A stretch of DNA of 51,322 bases from Octopus bimaculoides (lineage: Eukaryota): assembly GCF_001194135.2 (NCBI RefSeq), contig NC_068993.1:46906333-46957654 (forward strand). Reading direction: 5' to 3'. Below, in pieces: positions 1-11,989 of this stretch. Every line of letters starts with the position of its first letter. The stretch's first letter is position 1. The notes under the pieces were generated by a model. It was not told the origin of the DNA and did no database searches. It saw only the letters and a list, made by a program, of their open reading frames with translations. The translations under genes were made by a program, and so were the position numbers.

Positions 1-95
1 CACACACTCACACACACACACACACACACACACATAAATATACTAGCAGAGATGCCGGGCATTGCTCGGGATTAAAATGGCATAATAAATTTTTA

Positions 96-378
96 TTGTT
101 TTACTTGTTTCAGTCATGTGACTGCGACCATGCTGGAGTGCCATCGTTGGTCGAACAAATCAACCACATGATTTATTATTTGTAAGTCTAGTACTCATTT
201 TGTCAGTGTCTCTTACCAAACCGCTAAGTTAAGGGAATGTAAACATAGCAACATCAGTTGTCAAGCAATGGTGGGGGTACAAGCACAATACACGCACACA
301 CATACACATATATACGACAGTTTTCTTTCAGTTTCCGAGTATGAAATCCACTCACAAGGTTTTGGTCGGTCTGAGGAA
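96..378 (-). mobile_element. SINE family D copy (partial) with internal (CA)n/(TA)n
   Basis: Shares 'tttcagtcatgtgactgcgaccatgctggag...accgctaagtta...cagtttcc...aatccactcacaaggttttggtcgg' with the copies at 6.0k, 18.9k, 24.7k and 28.5k. Confidence 0.8.
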
Positions 379-389
379 GGGGAAATATT

Positions 390-564
390 CTTTTCTACTC
401 TAGGTACAAGGCCCGAAATCTTTTTTGGGAGGGTCCAATCTATTAGATCAACCCCAGTACGCAACTGGTACTTAATTTATCGACCCCGAAAAGATGAAAG
501 GCAAAGTCGATGAAAGGCGGAATTTGAACTCAGAACGTAAAGACAGACGAAATACCGGCGTGCT
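390..564 (-). mobile_element. SINE family A copy
   Basis: Reverse complement of the family A body 'acgttctgagttcaaattccgcc...tttgcctttcatc...gataaattaagtaccagttgcgtactggggt', which occurs more than 10 times in the window. Confidence 0.88.
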
Positions 565-1720
565 TAAAGGAAGGAGAAATATTGGACAATGAAAGGAACT
601 GATTGAGTGCATCTGCATGGCTATGGTATTACTACCATTGGACATAACTGGCTTTGGAAGCAGTGACGTAGGTGAAGTGTCATACATGACGTCTGGCAGT
701 AGATGGCGGCAGCGACTGGCAGGTTGCGACTATCTGATTTTCTCATTTACTCCCTTTTAGTGTTGTACCGATGGGAGTAATGATTCGAAGCCATTTCGGA
801 AGCTTGCATTTATAGGGTGTCAGAAGTTCTGATTCCCGAATATTTGCCGAGATATGAAATCACACTCAGTAAGAAGTATTCGGTTGTCGTTGGGGGAGAG
901 GAACGAGGGAGGTACTGGAACAGATTTAGCAACGGCAGTAACACCACAGACGACAACAACAAGAACAACAACAACAAAACCACAAGAGCAGTAGTAACAA
1001 GAACAAAATTAACAACACCAAGAGCAAAAATTGTGTATGTATGTATCTATCTATCTTTGTGCGTGTACACACACACATATATATATACATATATGAGTGT
1101 GTGTGTGTGTGTGTGTGTGTGTGNNNNNNNNNNNNNNNNNNNNNNNNNNNNNNNNNNNNNNNNNNNNNNNNNNNNNNNNNNNNNNNNNNNNNNNNNNNNN
1201 NNNNNNNNNNNNNNNNNNNNNNNNNNNNNNNNNNNNNNNNNNNNNNNNNNNNNNNNNNNNNNNNNNNNNNNNNNNNNNNNNNNNNNNNNNNNNNNNNNNN
1301 NNNNNNNNNNNNNNNNNNNNNNNNNNNNNNNNNNNNNNNNNNNNNNNNNNNNNNNNNNNNNNNNNNNNNNNNNNNNNNNNNNNNNNNNNNNNNNNNNNNN
1401 NNNNNNNNNNNNNNNNNNNNNNNNNNNNNNNNNNNNNNNNNNNNNNNNNNNNNNNNNNNNNNNNNNNNNNNNNNNNNNNNNNNNNNNNNNNNNNNNNNNN
1501 NNNNNNNNNNNNNNNNNNNNNNNNNNNNNNNNNNNNNNNNNNNNNNNNNNNNNNNNNNNNNNNNNNNNNNNNNNNNNNNNNNNNNNNNNNNNNNNNNNNN
1601 NNNNNNNNNNNNNNNNNNNNNNNNNNNNNNNNNNNNNNNNNNNNNNNNNNNNNNNNNNNNNNNNNNNNNNNNNNNNNNNNNNNNNNNNNNNNNNNNNNNN
1701 NNNNNNNNNNNNNNNNNNNN

Positions 1721-2071
1721 ACAATGACAACAACAATGACAAGACGTATATCAAGCTCAACGACGGCGACAACAACAACAACAACAACAGGGGCCATAGC
1801 AATAGCAGCAGATACAAGTTTTCATAGCCTGACAGACATTTTATGTAAATCTCTATTTTCTATTATAACAGATCCAGTGAAGCCTGATGTAAAGAACTTT
1901 GCATAAAGGGAAGCAATTATAGCATTATTATTATTATTATTATTGTTGTTGTTGTTGTTTTTCTTAGTGGTGGTGGTGGTGGTGTTTGCTGGAGCAGTAG
2001 TATTGGTTGAGATAGATGAGAAGTAGTAGTAGCAGTAGTAGTAGTAGCAATAGTAGTAGCAATAGTAGCAA

Positions 2072-2107
<36 letters not shown>

Positions 2108-2190
2108 TAGTAAAGAGGAAGGTCTAAGGAAGAAACTTGTAGTAGTAGCAACAGCACTACTACTACTACTACTATTACTACTATTACTAC

Positions 2191-2229
<39 letters not shown>

Positions 2230-2284
2230 CTATGGGGGACATATATAACTGCATATACATAGATATATGTCTGTNNNNNNNNNN

Positions 2285-2323
<39 letters not shown>

Positions 2324-2330
2324 GCGTATA
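1721..2330. repeat. Compound microsatellite cluster (AAC, ATT, GTT, GGT, TAG, TAC, TA)
   Basis: Directly visible simple repeats; they explain the low-complexity ORFs here. Confidence 0.95.
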
Positions 2331-2483
2331 TATAAACATACATACGTATGTACATACATATACACATTTAAATACGCATAGACAAACATACATACAATAT
2401 ATACACATGTATATATATACACATGTGTATATAAAGAACTATCTATCAATGTGAACACACACACACACACATTCATATACATG

Positions 2484-2541
<58 letters not shown>

Positions 2542-2851
2542 ATAAGAAGAGGACAAAGAAAGGGGATGGGTGCGGAATATCGCGAATAATGAGAAAAGGA
2601 CAGAGAGCTGAGAATGTAATCTGGTAGGTGTGATGTGTAAGGCAATGAAACGTCCATTTTTATGTTTTGAGTTAAGATGATGATGTAGAAGACGGTCTTT
2701 TATGTGTCAATCTCTGGCACACAATCTTCATTTGTTTGGAGAAATTTTATGGCACTATGAAATAACAATTTCATGTTGAAGCGAAGTAAAGTGAGTGAGT
2801 AAGAATATATACATATACATATACACACACATATACATATGTATATGTATA

Positions 2852-2896
<45 letters not shown>

Positions 2897-4090
2897 NNNN
2901 NNNNNNNNNNNNNNNNNNNNNNNNNNNNNNNNNNNNNNNNNNNNNNNNNNNNNNNNNNNNNNNNNNNNNNNNNNNNNNNNNNNNNNNNNNNNNNNNNNNN
3001 NNNNNNNNNNNNNNNNNNNNNNNNNNNNNNNNNNNNNNNNNNNNNNNNNNNNNNNNNNNNNNNNNNNNNNNNNNNNNNNNNNNNNNNNNNNNNNNNNNNN
3101 NNNNNNNNNNNNNNNNNNNNNNNNNNNNNNNNNNNNNNNNNNNNNNNNNNNNNNNNNNNNNNNNNNNNNNNNNNNNNNNNNNNNNNNNNNNNNNNNNNNN
3201 NNNNNNNNNNNNNNNNNNNNNNNNNNNNNNNNNNNNNNNNNNNNNNNNNNNNNNNNNNNNNNNNNNNNNNNNNNNNNNNNNNNNNNNNNNNNNNNNNNNN
3301 NNNNNNNNNNNNNNNNNNNNNNNNNNNNNNNNNNNNNNNNNNNNNNNNNNNNNNNNACACACACACACATATGTAGGTATATATGTATGTATGTATGTAT
3401 GTATGCATGTATGTATGTATGTATGTACTTATGTATGCATACGCCCTCACTAAAAAGACTTCACACATTTATTCCCACTTATATTTAGCATTCTGATACA
3501 TAGACATACACACATATTTATATCTGTGTGTGTATACATGATTAAGTATGCATGCTCATATACATGCAGCGCGCACAAACACACACACACACTCATATAC
3601 ACACACACCTGTATGTTAATATTTATACATGTGTGATGTTCCCTACGCTCACGAAACTCTGAGTAATGTGGAACTGAGTTGAAGTGGTATTAAATATTTC
3701 ATACATTCATACATGCATGCATGCATCCATCTATACATAAATACATTATGTATATATTTACGCATACATAATATATGTATATATATCCAGACTATATTCT
3801 GCAAATGCAGAAAACCGCTGTTTAGTCAACGAAACTCGTTGTTACATTTGTTCTACCCTGAGTTACAGACATTCCCTTTTCATTCTCATCGTCAGAAACG
3901 CATTGAACAGGTAATCGACGATAAATTGCGATACTTAGCTATCTATCAACTGCTTCTGTTGCTCTTGTCTGCTAAAAGATTTGATCTGCAATCCGCGTGT
4001 TGAGCCTAAAGAAAATTATATCGAGATTGTGTCATTATGATTGCTTAACATACACATACTGTGTTTTGCCGAATAATAATAATATTAATC

Positions 4091-4264
4091 ATTTCTACAA
4101 TTGGCAAAAGGCTTGAAATTTGGGGGAGAGGGATAGTGGATTACATCGACCCCCAGTACTCAACTGGTACTTAATTTATCGACTCCCGAAAGGTCAGAAT
4201 TTGAACGAAATTCCACAAAGCATTTTGTTCCCCGGCGTGCGAGCAATTCTGTTAGCTTGCTGCC
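4091..4264 (-). mobile_element. Degenerate SINE family A copy
   Basis: 'cgacccccagtactcaactggtacttaatttatcgac...aatttgaac' matches family A in reverse. Confidence 0.75.
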
Positions 4265-4265
4265 T

Positions 4266-4312
<47 letters not shown>

Positions 4313-4962
4313 AATATGAGGAAGTGATAGGATAACCCATCCACGCACAGACGTGTTCACAATACTTGATTCCAACCAGGAAACCCGTATCATGATCTCC
4401 AGACACGTCTCGAAACTACCATACTCAACAACATCTTTGGTGTCAAACTGAGTTAGAAATCTCCCACATCCTGTTGATATAATATAGTACCATTTGTGTA
4501 TTATATAAACTCTATGATGTGCTAGTATTTTATAGACTTCTCGCGTGGATTTTTCACTACCGGTTTCTCATTTGCGTGTTCGACAACATCAGAATTGTTA
4601 TCTCCTCCTCCATCATCACATAACAACTAAAAGCTATTTCTTTTCGTCTTCTTTCAGCCAGGTTAGTAGTAGTTGTATAAGTTCTGCAAGATCTTTGTTC
4701 GTTTTTCTGAGAACTGTAAACTTCTATTCTATGTAGTCGCAAGATGGTCTCCTCATAAATTTTACTTACTCTCATTCTGCCTACACGCCCGCCCGCCTGC
4801 TTGCATGCCTGCCTGTCTGCTTGCCACTGTTTGATGCGCGCAAAAGTTTTCTCAACCTCTGAAGATTTTTGTATTGGACCTGCATAAGGTACTCAACATC
4901 GGCCCTGCATGAGGTACCTAATGTATTCCGCATAGGTTATATGTAAGCTGTTATAATTAACA

Positions 4963-5347
4963 GCGGAGGCGCAATGGCCCAATGGTTAGGGCAGCGGATT
5001 CGCGGTCATAGGATCGCGGTTTTGATTCCCAGACTGGGCGTTGTGAGTGTTTATTGAGCGAAAACACCTAAAAGCTTCACGAGGCTCCGGCAGGGGATGG
5101 TGGCGAACCATGCTGTACTCTCCCACCCTAACTTTCTCTCACTCTTACTTCCTGTTTCTGTTGTGCCTGTAATTCAAAGGGTCAGCCTTGTCACACTGTG
5201 TCACGCTGAATATCCCCGAGAACTACATTAAGGGTACACGTGTCTGTGGAGTGCTCAGCCACTTGCACGTTAATTTCACGAGCAAGCTGTTCCCTTGATC
5301 GGATCAACTGGAACCCTCGACGTCGTAAGCGACGGAGTGCCAACAAC
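4963..5347 (+). mobile_element. Full-length tRNA-derived SINE, family B, with 10-bp TSD
   Basis: Pol III A-box/B-box-like head (tggcccaatggttagg ... ggttttgattccc), (CAA)n tail, and direct repeat ATAATTAACA at 4953-4962 and 5348-5357. Colinear and highly similar to 19735-20107. Confidence 0.92.
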
Positions 5348-5405
5348 ATAATTAACAACGACTGTCGTTACAACTCTCTTTCGAATGTCTCAAGAATTCA
5401 TTTAC

Positions 5406-5515
5406 CTTAGTTTTGCGTCTCCCATAAGCAACACGTCTTTGTTGTTTCACTTGCTGTCTTCTATTAGTTTCCCGCAGAAATAATTAGCGCTTTGCTGTAT
5501 CATGTAAAGCATTTC
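5406..5515 (-). other. Candidate spliced exon (110 nt); the phase-0 frame reads EMLYMIQQSANYFCGKLIEDSK-stop
   Basis: Acceptor cttctttgcag|G and donor AAG|gtaaat on the minus strand. All three frames contain stops, so it is coding only if it carries the stop codon. Confidence 0.22.
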
Positions 5516-5731
5516 CTGCAAAGAAGCCCTCAGCCTGCATTGTATATGGTTCCACTTATGGTATTGACATTTATTATTTTTTTTTGGAGCCCTTTATTTC
5601 CTTCTCCTGCCTTTGCTACTCACTCAGCTCACTCTCCATATCTTCGTCATGTTTGTTGTGTTTTAGTCACGACAATGATTCGACCACATTTTAATATACC
5701 AGAGTATGTTTGTGTTTTAATAACTACAATG

Positions 5732-5924
5732 GTTAAGGCAGTGGGCTGGCAGAATCATTAACGCGCCGGGAAAAATGCTTAGCGGCATGTCTTCCGTCTT
5801 TACGTTATGAGTTCAAATTCCACTGAGATCGACTTTGCCTTTCGTCCCTTCGGAGTCGATAAAATAAATACCAGTTGATCACTGGAGTTTCAAAATCGCT
5901 GGCCTTGTGCCAAAATTTGAAATC
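5732..5924 (+). mobile_element. SINE family A copy
   Basis: Head 'ggcagtgggctggcagaatcattaac', B-box-like 'gagttcaaattcc', tail 'ccttgtgccaaaatttgaaatc'. Confidence 0.85.
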
Positions 5925-6036
5925 AGTAACTACAAGGGTTCAAGCAGGCTGGAAAATAACGGTGTGAATTCATAATTTAATGATAAGCATTGCCTTACCA
6001 CGTTGTAAATATAGCGGTGTGTGTTTATATTTCTAT

Positions 6037-6306
6037 TTATCTTTATCTTCTATTTATTGGCCTGCGGCCATGCTACAGCACCGTCTTGAANNNNNNNNNN
6101 NNNNNNNNNNNNNNNNNNNNNNNNNNNNNNNNNNNNNNNNNNNNNNNNNNNNNNNNNNNNNNNNNNNNNNNNNNNNNNNNNNNNNNNNNNNNNNNNNNNN
6201 NNNNNNNNNNNNNNNNNNNNNNNNNNNNNNNNNNNNNNNNNNNNNNNNNNNNNNNNNNNNNNNNNNNNNNNNNNNNNNNNNNNNNNNNNNNNNNNNNNNN
6301 NNNNNN

Positions 6307-6349
<43 letters not shown>

Positions 6350-6500
6350 CAGGCTTCTTTCAGTATCCGTTCACAAATACACTCACAAGACTTTGGTGAG
6401 ACCAGGACTATAAGGCAAGACACTTGCCCAAGGTGCCCTGCAGTAGGATTGAAACCGGAATCATATTGTAGGGAAGCAAACTTCATACTATATAGCCACA
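6037..6500 (-). mobile_element. SINE family D copy spanning an assembly gap and (CA)n
   Basis: Tail 'tattggcctgcggccatgct' and reversed head 'gacacttgcccaaggtgcc...gattgaaaccggaatc...tatagccac'. Confidence 0.8.
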
Positions 6501-6544
6501 CCTGCTCGATAATGCCTTTACTGCGTTGGAATATAATGGTGTCT

Positions 6545-6910
6545 AAGGCGGCGAGCTGGTAGAAACGTTAGCACACCGGGTGAAATGCTTAGTGGTATTA
6601 TGTCTGCCGTTACGTTCTGAGTTCAAATTCTGCCGAGGTTGACTTTGCCTTTCATCCTTTCGGGGTTGATAAATTAAATACCAGTTCGATGTAATCGACT
6701 TAACTCCTTTGTTTGTCCCCTCTATGTTTTAGCCCCTTGGGGGCAATATAGAAATAAGAAACGTTAGCACGCCGGGAGAAATACTTTGCGTTATTTTTCT
6801 GTCTTTACGTTCTGAGTTCAAATTCTGCCGAGGTCGACTTTGCCTTTCATCCTCTCGGGGCCGATAAATTTAGTGCCAGTTTCAGGCCTTGTGCCCAGAG
6901 TAGAAAAGGA
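6545..6910 (+). mobile_element. Two tandem SINE family A copies (6545-6760 and 6757-6910)
   Basis: Two successive 'agaaacgttagcac...acgttctgagttcaaattctgccgaggt..gactttgcctttcatcc' units. Confidence 0.9.
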
Positions 6911-6974
6911 ATATAATGGTGTATGTTTATATTTAAATGATAAAAATTGCTTCTACAACGTTGTAATTATATAA

Positions 6975-7342
6975 CTGAGGGTGCAGATAAGATATCACTT
7001 TGATTGGGTACAATCGCTCCTTTACAACGGGGCTGATATTTAATTTATCGACTCCGAAACGAAAGAAGGTACTTATGTTTTGGATCCCGTAAGGATGAAA
7101 GGCAAAGTCAACTTCGATTGGCTTAAAATTTTGGTATAAGGCCAGTAATCTCGGGAGATTAGTTTAGTCAATTACGTCGATCCCTGTGTTCAACTGGCAC
7201 TTATTTTATCGACCCTGAAAGGATGACAGGTGAAGTTGACCACGCAGGAATTTGAGCTCAGAACTTAAAGGCGGACGAAATGCCAAAAAAAAAAAAAAAT
7301 GTATTTCTCCTGGCGCGCTAACGACTCAGCCGGTTCGCCGCT
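6975..7342 (-). mobile_element. SINE family A copies in reverse (one partial, one near full-length at 7130-7342)
   Basis: 'ttattttatcgaccctgaaaggatg...aatttgagctcagaac...ggcgcgctaacg..cagccggttcgccgc'. Confidence 0.85.
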
Positions 7343-7559
7343 TTCGATATGATTAGATATTGTAAACTATTTTAATTCTGCTGTTTAACGCTTCTGCATT
7401 CTACTAACATTGCTGCCATATATCACCACTACTACATTATCACGGGGTCAAAAAAAAATCCCTTTTGAGAGTTGAGTACACTCGATTATATGAACCTCAG
7501 CAATTGACAGGTATATATTCGTTCCCCTCCTTTTTCAGCATTCCCTTATACTTGCTTAC

Positions 7560-7733
7560 ATCTTCCAGCGTTATGTCTTCGTACTTTTCCTCCGTCGCTG
7601 CAGCATAGCGTTTTTCTTCCAAAGACTTGTCTATCTTCTCCAGGCACACCAGCATCTCCTCCTCTGACGACATATAGTCCGAAGAAGGGCAGCCTTCAAT
7701 GCTCGAAACAGAACAACTTCTCGTTCGACGCTC
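7560..7733 (-). CDS. Probable internal coding exon of an unidentified protein: ERRTRSCSVSSIEGCPSSDYMSSEEEMLVCLEKIDKSLEEKRYAAATEEKYEDITLED
   Basis: 174 nt = 58 codons, phase 0-0. Acceptor ctttttt...gatgtag|G and donor GAT|gtaagc. GC content is higher than the flanks, with purine-rich Glu/Lys codons and no stop. If the donor is unused, the frame continues to a stop after ...VSKYKGMLKKEGNEYIPVNC. No family recognised. Confidence 0.5.
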
Positions 7734-7899
7734 CTACATCACGCAAGAGGAAAAAAGTCGCAGAACTTCTTACCACAGAACCAGGCCTGCACCTGTTTTG
7801 GGAAGAATTTATAGTAAAATAGACCTCAGTGCAATTTGAACTTAGAAGATAAACTAACAAACTAAATCCCGTATGACGTTCTCTGCTGTTTTACCGATT

Positions 7900-8310
7900 G
7901 GACGAACAACAATAACAGCAACTACAATAACATCACTGCAACGGAAACAGCAGCAACCGTAACAGCATCATAAACAACAATAATTACAACAATATCAACA
8001 AGTATAACAGTAACGGCAGCAATAATTGCAAGAACAAAAGCACAACAATCGTAGCAACAACCGAAAGAAGAGCAAAAACAAAGCAGACGGTAAGAGCCAA
8101 TGTAACAATTGCAATACCAAGTAACAACAGTAACAACGGCACAGATAACATCAAGACCACCGCTACGGCCAGCACCACTACCACCACCACCACCACCACT
8201 ACCACGACCACCACTACCACCACCACCACTACCACCACCACAGCAGCAGTAGAACAACAACAACTACAACAACAAATATAAGGACAAAAAGAACAATAAG
8301 AGCAACAAGG
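7900..8310. repeat. Degenerate (AAC/CAG/CAC)n low-complexity tract
   Basis: Directly visible. Confidence 0.9.
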
Positions 8311-8431
8311 AATCACTGGTCAGTACTTTTATATAAGGTTTTGCACTAGAAATTAGCAAACGTCTTCAAACGTGATGTCAACACACACACACACACACAC
8401 ACATGCACACACATTTATATATATAAATTGG

Positions 8432-8479
<48 letters not shown>

Positions 8480-8697
8480 NNNNNNNNNNNNNNNNNNNNN
8501 NNNNNNNNNNNNNNNNNNNNNNNNNNNNNNNNNNNNNNNNNNNNNNNNNNNNNNNNNNNNNNNNNNNNNNNNNNNNNNNNNNNNNNNNNNNNNNNNNNNN
8601 NNNNNNNNNNNNNNNNNNNNNNNNNNNNNNNNNNNNNNNNNNNNNNNNNNNNNNNNNNNNNNNNNNNNNNNNNNNNNNNNNNNNNNNNNNNNNNNNN

Positions 8698-8753
<56 letters not shown>

Positions 8754-8782
8754 CCATAGACTAACTTCTATTCAGTTTACAG

Positions 8783-8838
8783 GTGTGAGGACCGAGCCGA
8801 AGACTTCATGGAATCCATAGAATCAAAAGAGCGCCGAG
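8783..8838 (+). CDS. Weak candidate coding exon: CEDRAEDFMESIESKERR
   Basis: Branch-like CTAAC at 8761, acceptor gtttacag|G, donor GAG|gtgaat; 56 nt, open in one frame. It overlaps a competing minus-strand frame. Confidence 0.22.
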
Positions 8839-8993
8839 GTGAATAAATAGACTGACTGCAGTGGTCAGCCAGTGTCCATTACTGTTATTGTCTACTAACA
8901 TGCTCGTTTTCCACACATCAACTATCGCTGCAAAATGGCGTCCCTGCACGAAATACTCGTTATTGTTGTTGTAATGAACGCTGCTGGATGTCT
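8806..8993 (-). CDS. Candidate coding exon: (E)TSSSVHYNNNNEYFVQGRHFAAIVDVWKTSMLVDNNSNGHWLTTAVSLFIHLGALLILWIP-stop
   Basis: Acceptor gccttttctacag|AG (phase 1). The frame is open for about 87 codons including upstream sequence. It either ends in a hydrophobic tail and TGA at 8806, or splices at GCA|gtcagt (8857) in phase 0, compatible with the 7733 exon. Confidence 0.3.
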
Positions 8994-9152
8994 CTGTAGA
9001 AAAGGCGATCGATGTTGTTAATGCGTGCCGAAATATATCTGACCATTTTCTTGTATATGTGTGTAGCTAGCGTGTACTTTCATGTAGTATATATATTAGT
9101 GCGTGAGTGTTCGTGTGTGTATGCATGTGTGTGTGTATACATGTGGGGTTGA

Positions 9153-9189
<37 letters not shown>

Positions 9190-9562
9190 ATGGGCACATG
9201 AATCCATATAAATTTATGTATGTAAATATGTAGATGTTCTCCTCGTGCACAGAGTGTATGTATGCGCATATATATGTGTGTGTGTGTGTGAGTGTGCGTG
9301 CGTATATATATGTGTGTATGTGTGTGTGTGTGTACATGCCTGTATATACATGCATGTGCGTGTGTGCAAATATGTATATATATATATATATATATATATG
9401 CATTACGCATACAAACACATGCACATACTCGTGTATACACACATATAAACATGCAAATATACGTGAAGACAGAGAAGTGTTTCACACACAAAGAGACAAA
9501 AGTACGTGCGCACGTTCGCACTCAGCTAACGATCTCCCTTCACATCTACAATGAATCACTGG

Positions 9563-9597
<35 letters not shown>

Positions 9598-10116
9598 ACG
9601 CACACGCACGTGCTTACGCTTACACATATTCAAGCAATTATTCCCACACCTACGAACCTACAAAAGGCATTCTCACTGATACGTACACGCATAGACATTT
9701 GCAGACGATTTAAGCACGAAACGAGCGTCGGTATTTGTTCATCTTAGTTCCATTAGAAATACACCAACTCTTTATAACTTTACTCAAAGAAACCTACGCT
9801 TTCATGCTTAAGAAATATATTTCATACAAGCAAATTATATACATATTTATATCAATGACAGTGTCCCAGTATAGCCTGAGACCCAGGTTGAAACAAGTGG
9901 AAATATGTAAAATATTCATATTTTAATTCATATAGCATCTTTGGATATAGCTTTTCAAACGAGTAAATTACTGGATAAATGCATTTCTGACTTCTGTCTG
10001 GGCGAGAGTGATAAGGGAGTGTTAGCAGTTCGTTGCAGAACAAATATTGCTATGGATTTTAATGAGGGGAATAAAAAGAGCATCATTTTTTCCTTTCGAC
10101 TTTTTTTTGCCGAAAA

Positions 10117-10198
<82 letters not shown>

Positions 10199-10902
10199 AT
10201 ATAAGCTCACAAAAACGCAGATGAATTGACAGCGTTGTTATAGTGTCAGATACAATTACTGTCTCGGAGTATTTATTCCAACTCGCTGCGTCATGAGTTC
10301 AAATTCAACAGGAGTCAGCCTTGTCTTTCATGCTTTGGGGTTTTCAGTACACATGCAGTAGATTGGAAGACCTGGAAACATATCGGATCGGATGCATTGA
10401 GATATTTGTTTTGATTTGTTACGTTCTGAGTTCAAATCCCAAATGTTGTATATATTTTTGTGGTTAACTAAATCCGTCGTCTGATTTAACTTCACTGTCT
10501 AGTATCTTGAGAATGTTTAATAGGGTTTACTCTATTGTAAGTATTTAGGCTAAGACCACTAGTTTAAAGATACTTTTTCCTCTTCTTCGTACACACTTAC
10601 ATACGCACATACACAATACATACATACATACAAACTTAGACGTTTTGGTCAGCTCGGCCAAGACCATGTCTAAATTAATATCCTCAATTTGAAACATAAT
10701 ATATGTGTGTGTGTACTCGTATGGGTGCGTCCGTATGTGTATGTCTATATATATGTGTGTGTGTATGCGCGTATGTATTTATAAATGCATCTGAATTTGC
10801 GTTTGTCCTCTCTCTAACGTTTTAGTTTGTTCGACCAAATAGATCAAGGTGGTGCCCCATGGTGGTCGCACTCACGTGACTGACACAAGTAGAAGATATA
10901 TA

Positions 10903-10941
<39 letters not shown>

Positions 10942-11759
10942 NNNNNNNNNNNNNNNNNNNNNNNNNNNNNNNNNNNNNNNNNNNNNNNNNNNNNNNNNNN
11001 NNNNNNNNNNNNNNNNNNNNNNNNNNNNNNNNNNNNNNNNNNNNNNNNNNNNNNNNNNNNNNNNNNNNNNNNNNNNNNNNNNNNNNNNNNNNNNNNNNNN
11101 NNNNNNNNNNNNNNNNNNNNNNNNNNNNNNNNNNNNNNNNNNNNNNNNNNNNNNNNNNNNNNNNNNNNNNNNNNNNNNNNNNNNNNNNNNNNNNNNNNNN
11201 NNNNNNNNNNNNNNNNNNNNNNNNNNNNNNNNNNNNNNNNNNNNNNNNNNNNNNNNNNNNNNNNNNNNNNNNNNNNNNNNNNNNNNNNNNNNNNNNNNNN
11301 NNNNNNNNNNNNNNNNNNNNNNNNNNNNNNNNNNNNNNNNNNNNNNNNNNNNNNNNNNNNNNNNNNNNNNNNNNNNNNNNNNNNNNNNNNNNNNNNNNNN
11401 NNNNNNNNNNNNNNNNNNNNNNNNNNNNNNNNNNNNNNNNNNNNNNNNNNNNNNNNNNNNNNNNNNNNNNNNNNNNNNNNNNNNNNNNNNNNNNNNNNNN
11501 NNNNNNNNNNNNNNNNNNNNNNNNNNNNNNNNNNNNNNNNNNNNNNNNNNNNNNNNNNNNNNNNNNTATATATATATATATATACAGGCATGGTGATGCA
11601 AACAGGATAAATAGAACTCAAAATAAGAGTATATGTATATTTTTTATCAGTATTTAGCAGAAGCAAGAGTGACTGAAAGACCGAGAGTTTCGTGCGTTGA
11701 CACCTTTCATTTGTCTATGTATATTTTTATGTGTGGGAATGCATGCCTACATGTGCCTG

Positions 11760-11810
<51 letters not shown>

Positions 11811-11989
11811 TTACATATGCATACATACATATGTGTATTCGAGTGGATTCTGCAGTTTACATCTATTAAATTCTGCTAATGCAGAAGAAAACACTTAGCA
11901 AAGTCGTCACTTGGTGGTGCTGACCCCTAACAACGTGAACTTCTTTTCTGGCATGTTTGTGTCCATATATTCACGTACGCCAATCCAAA

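Noticed and set aside
817-3468. Long ORFs in the track (and similar ones at 6.0k, 8.4k, 10.9k, 20.3k, 27.4k, 29.0k, 39.0k, 48.1k and 49.4k)
   Set aside because: They are open only because they run through N-gaps and dinucleotide repeats.
4963-5040. tRNA-like heads of SINE families A-D as tRNA genes
   Set aside because: They have A and B boxes, but each continues into a SINE body with a tail and in two cases a TSD; no intact cloverleaf is evident.
7660-7720. CTGACGA and CCGAAGA...CGAAAC as a hammerhead
   Set aside because: No UH cleavage site or stem I/III pairing follows; better explained as coding sequence.
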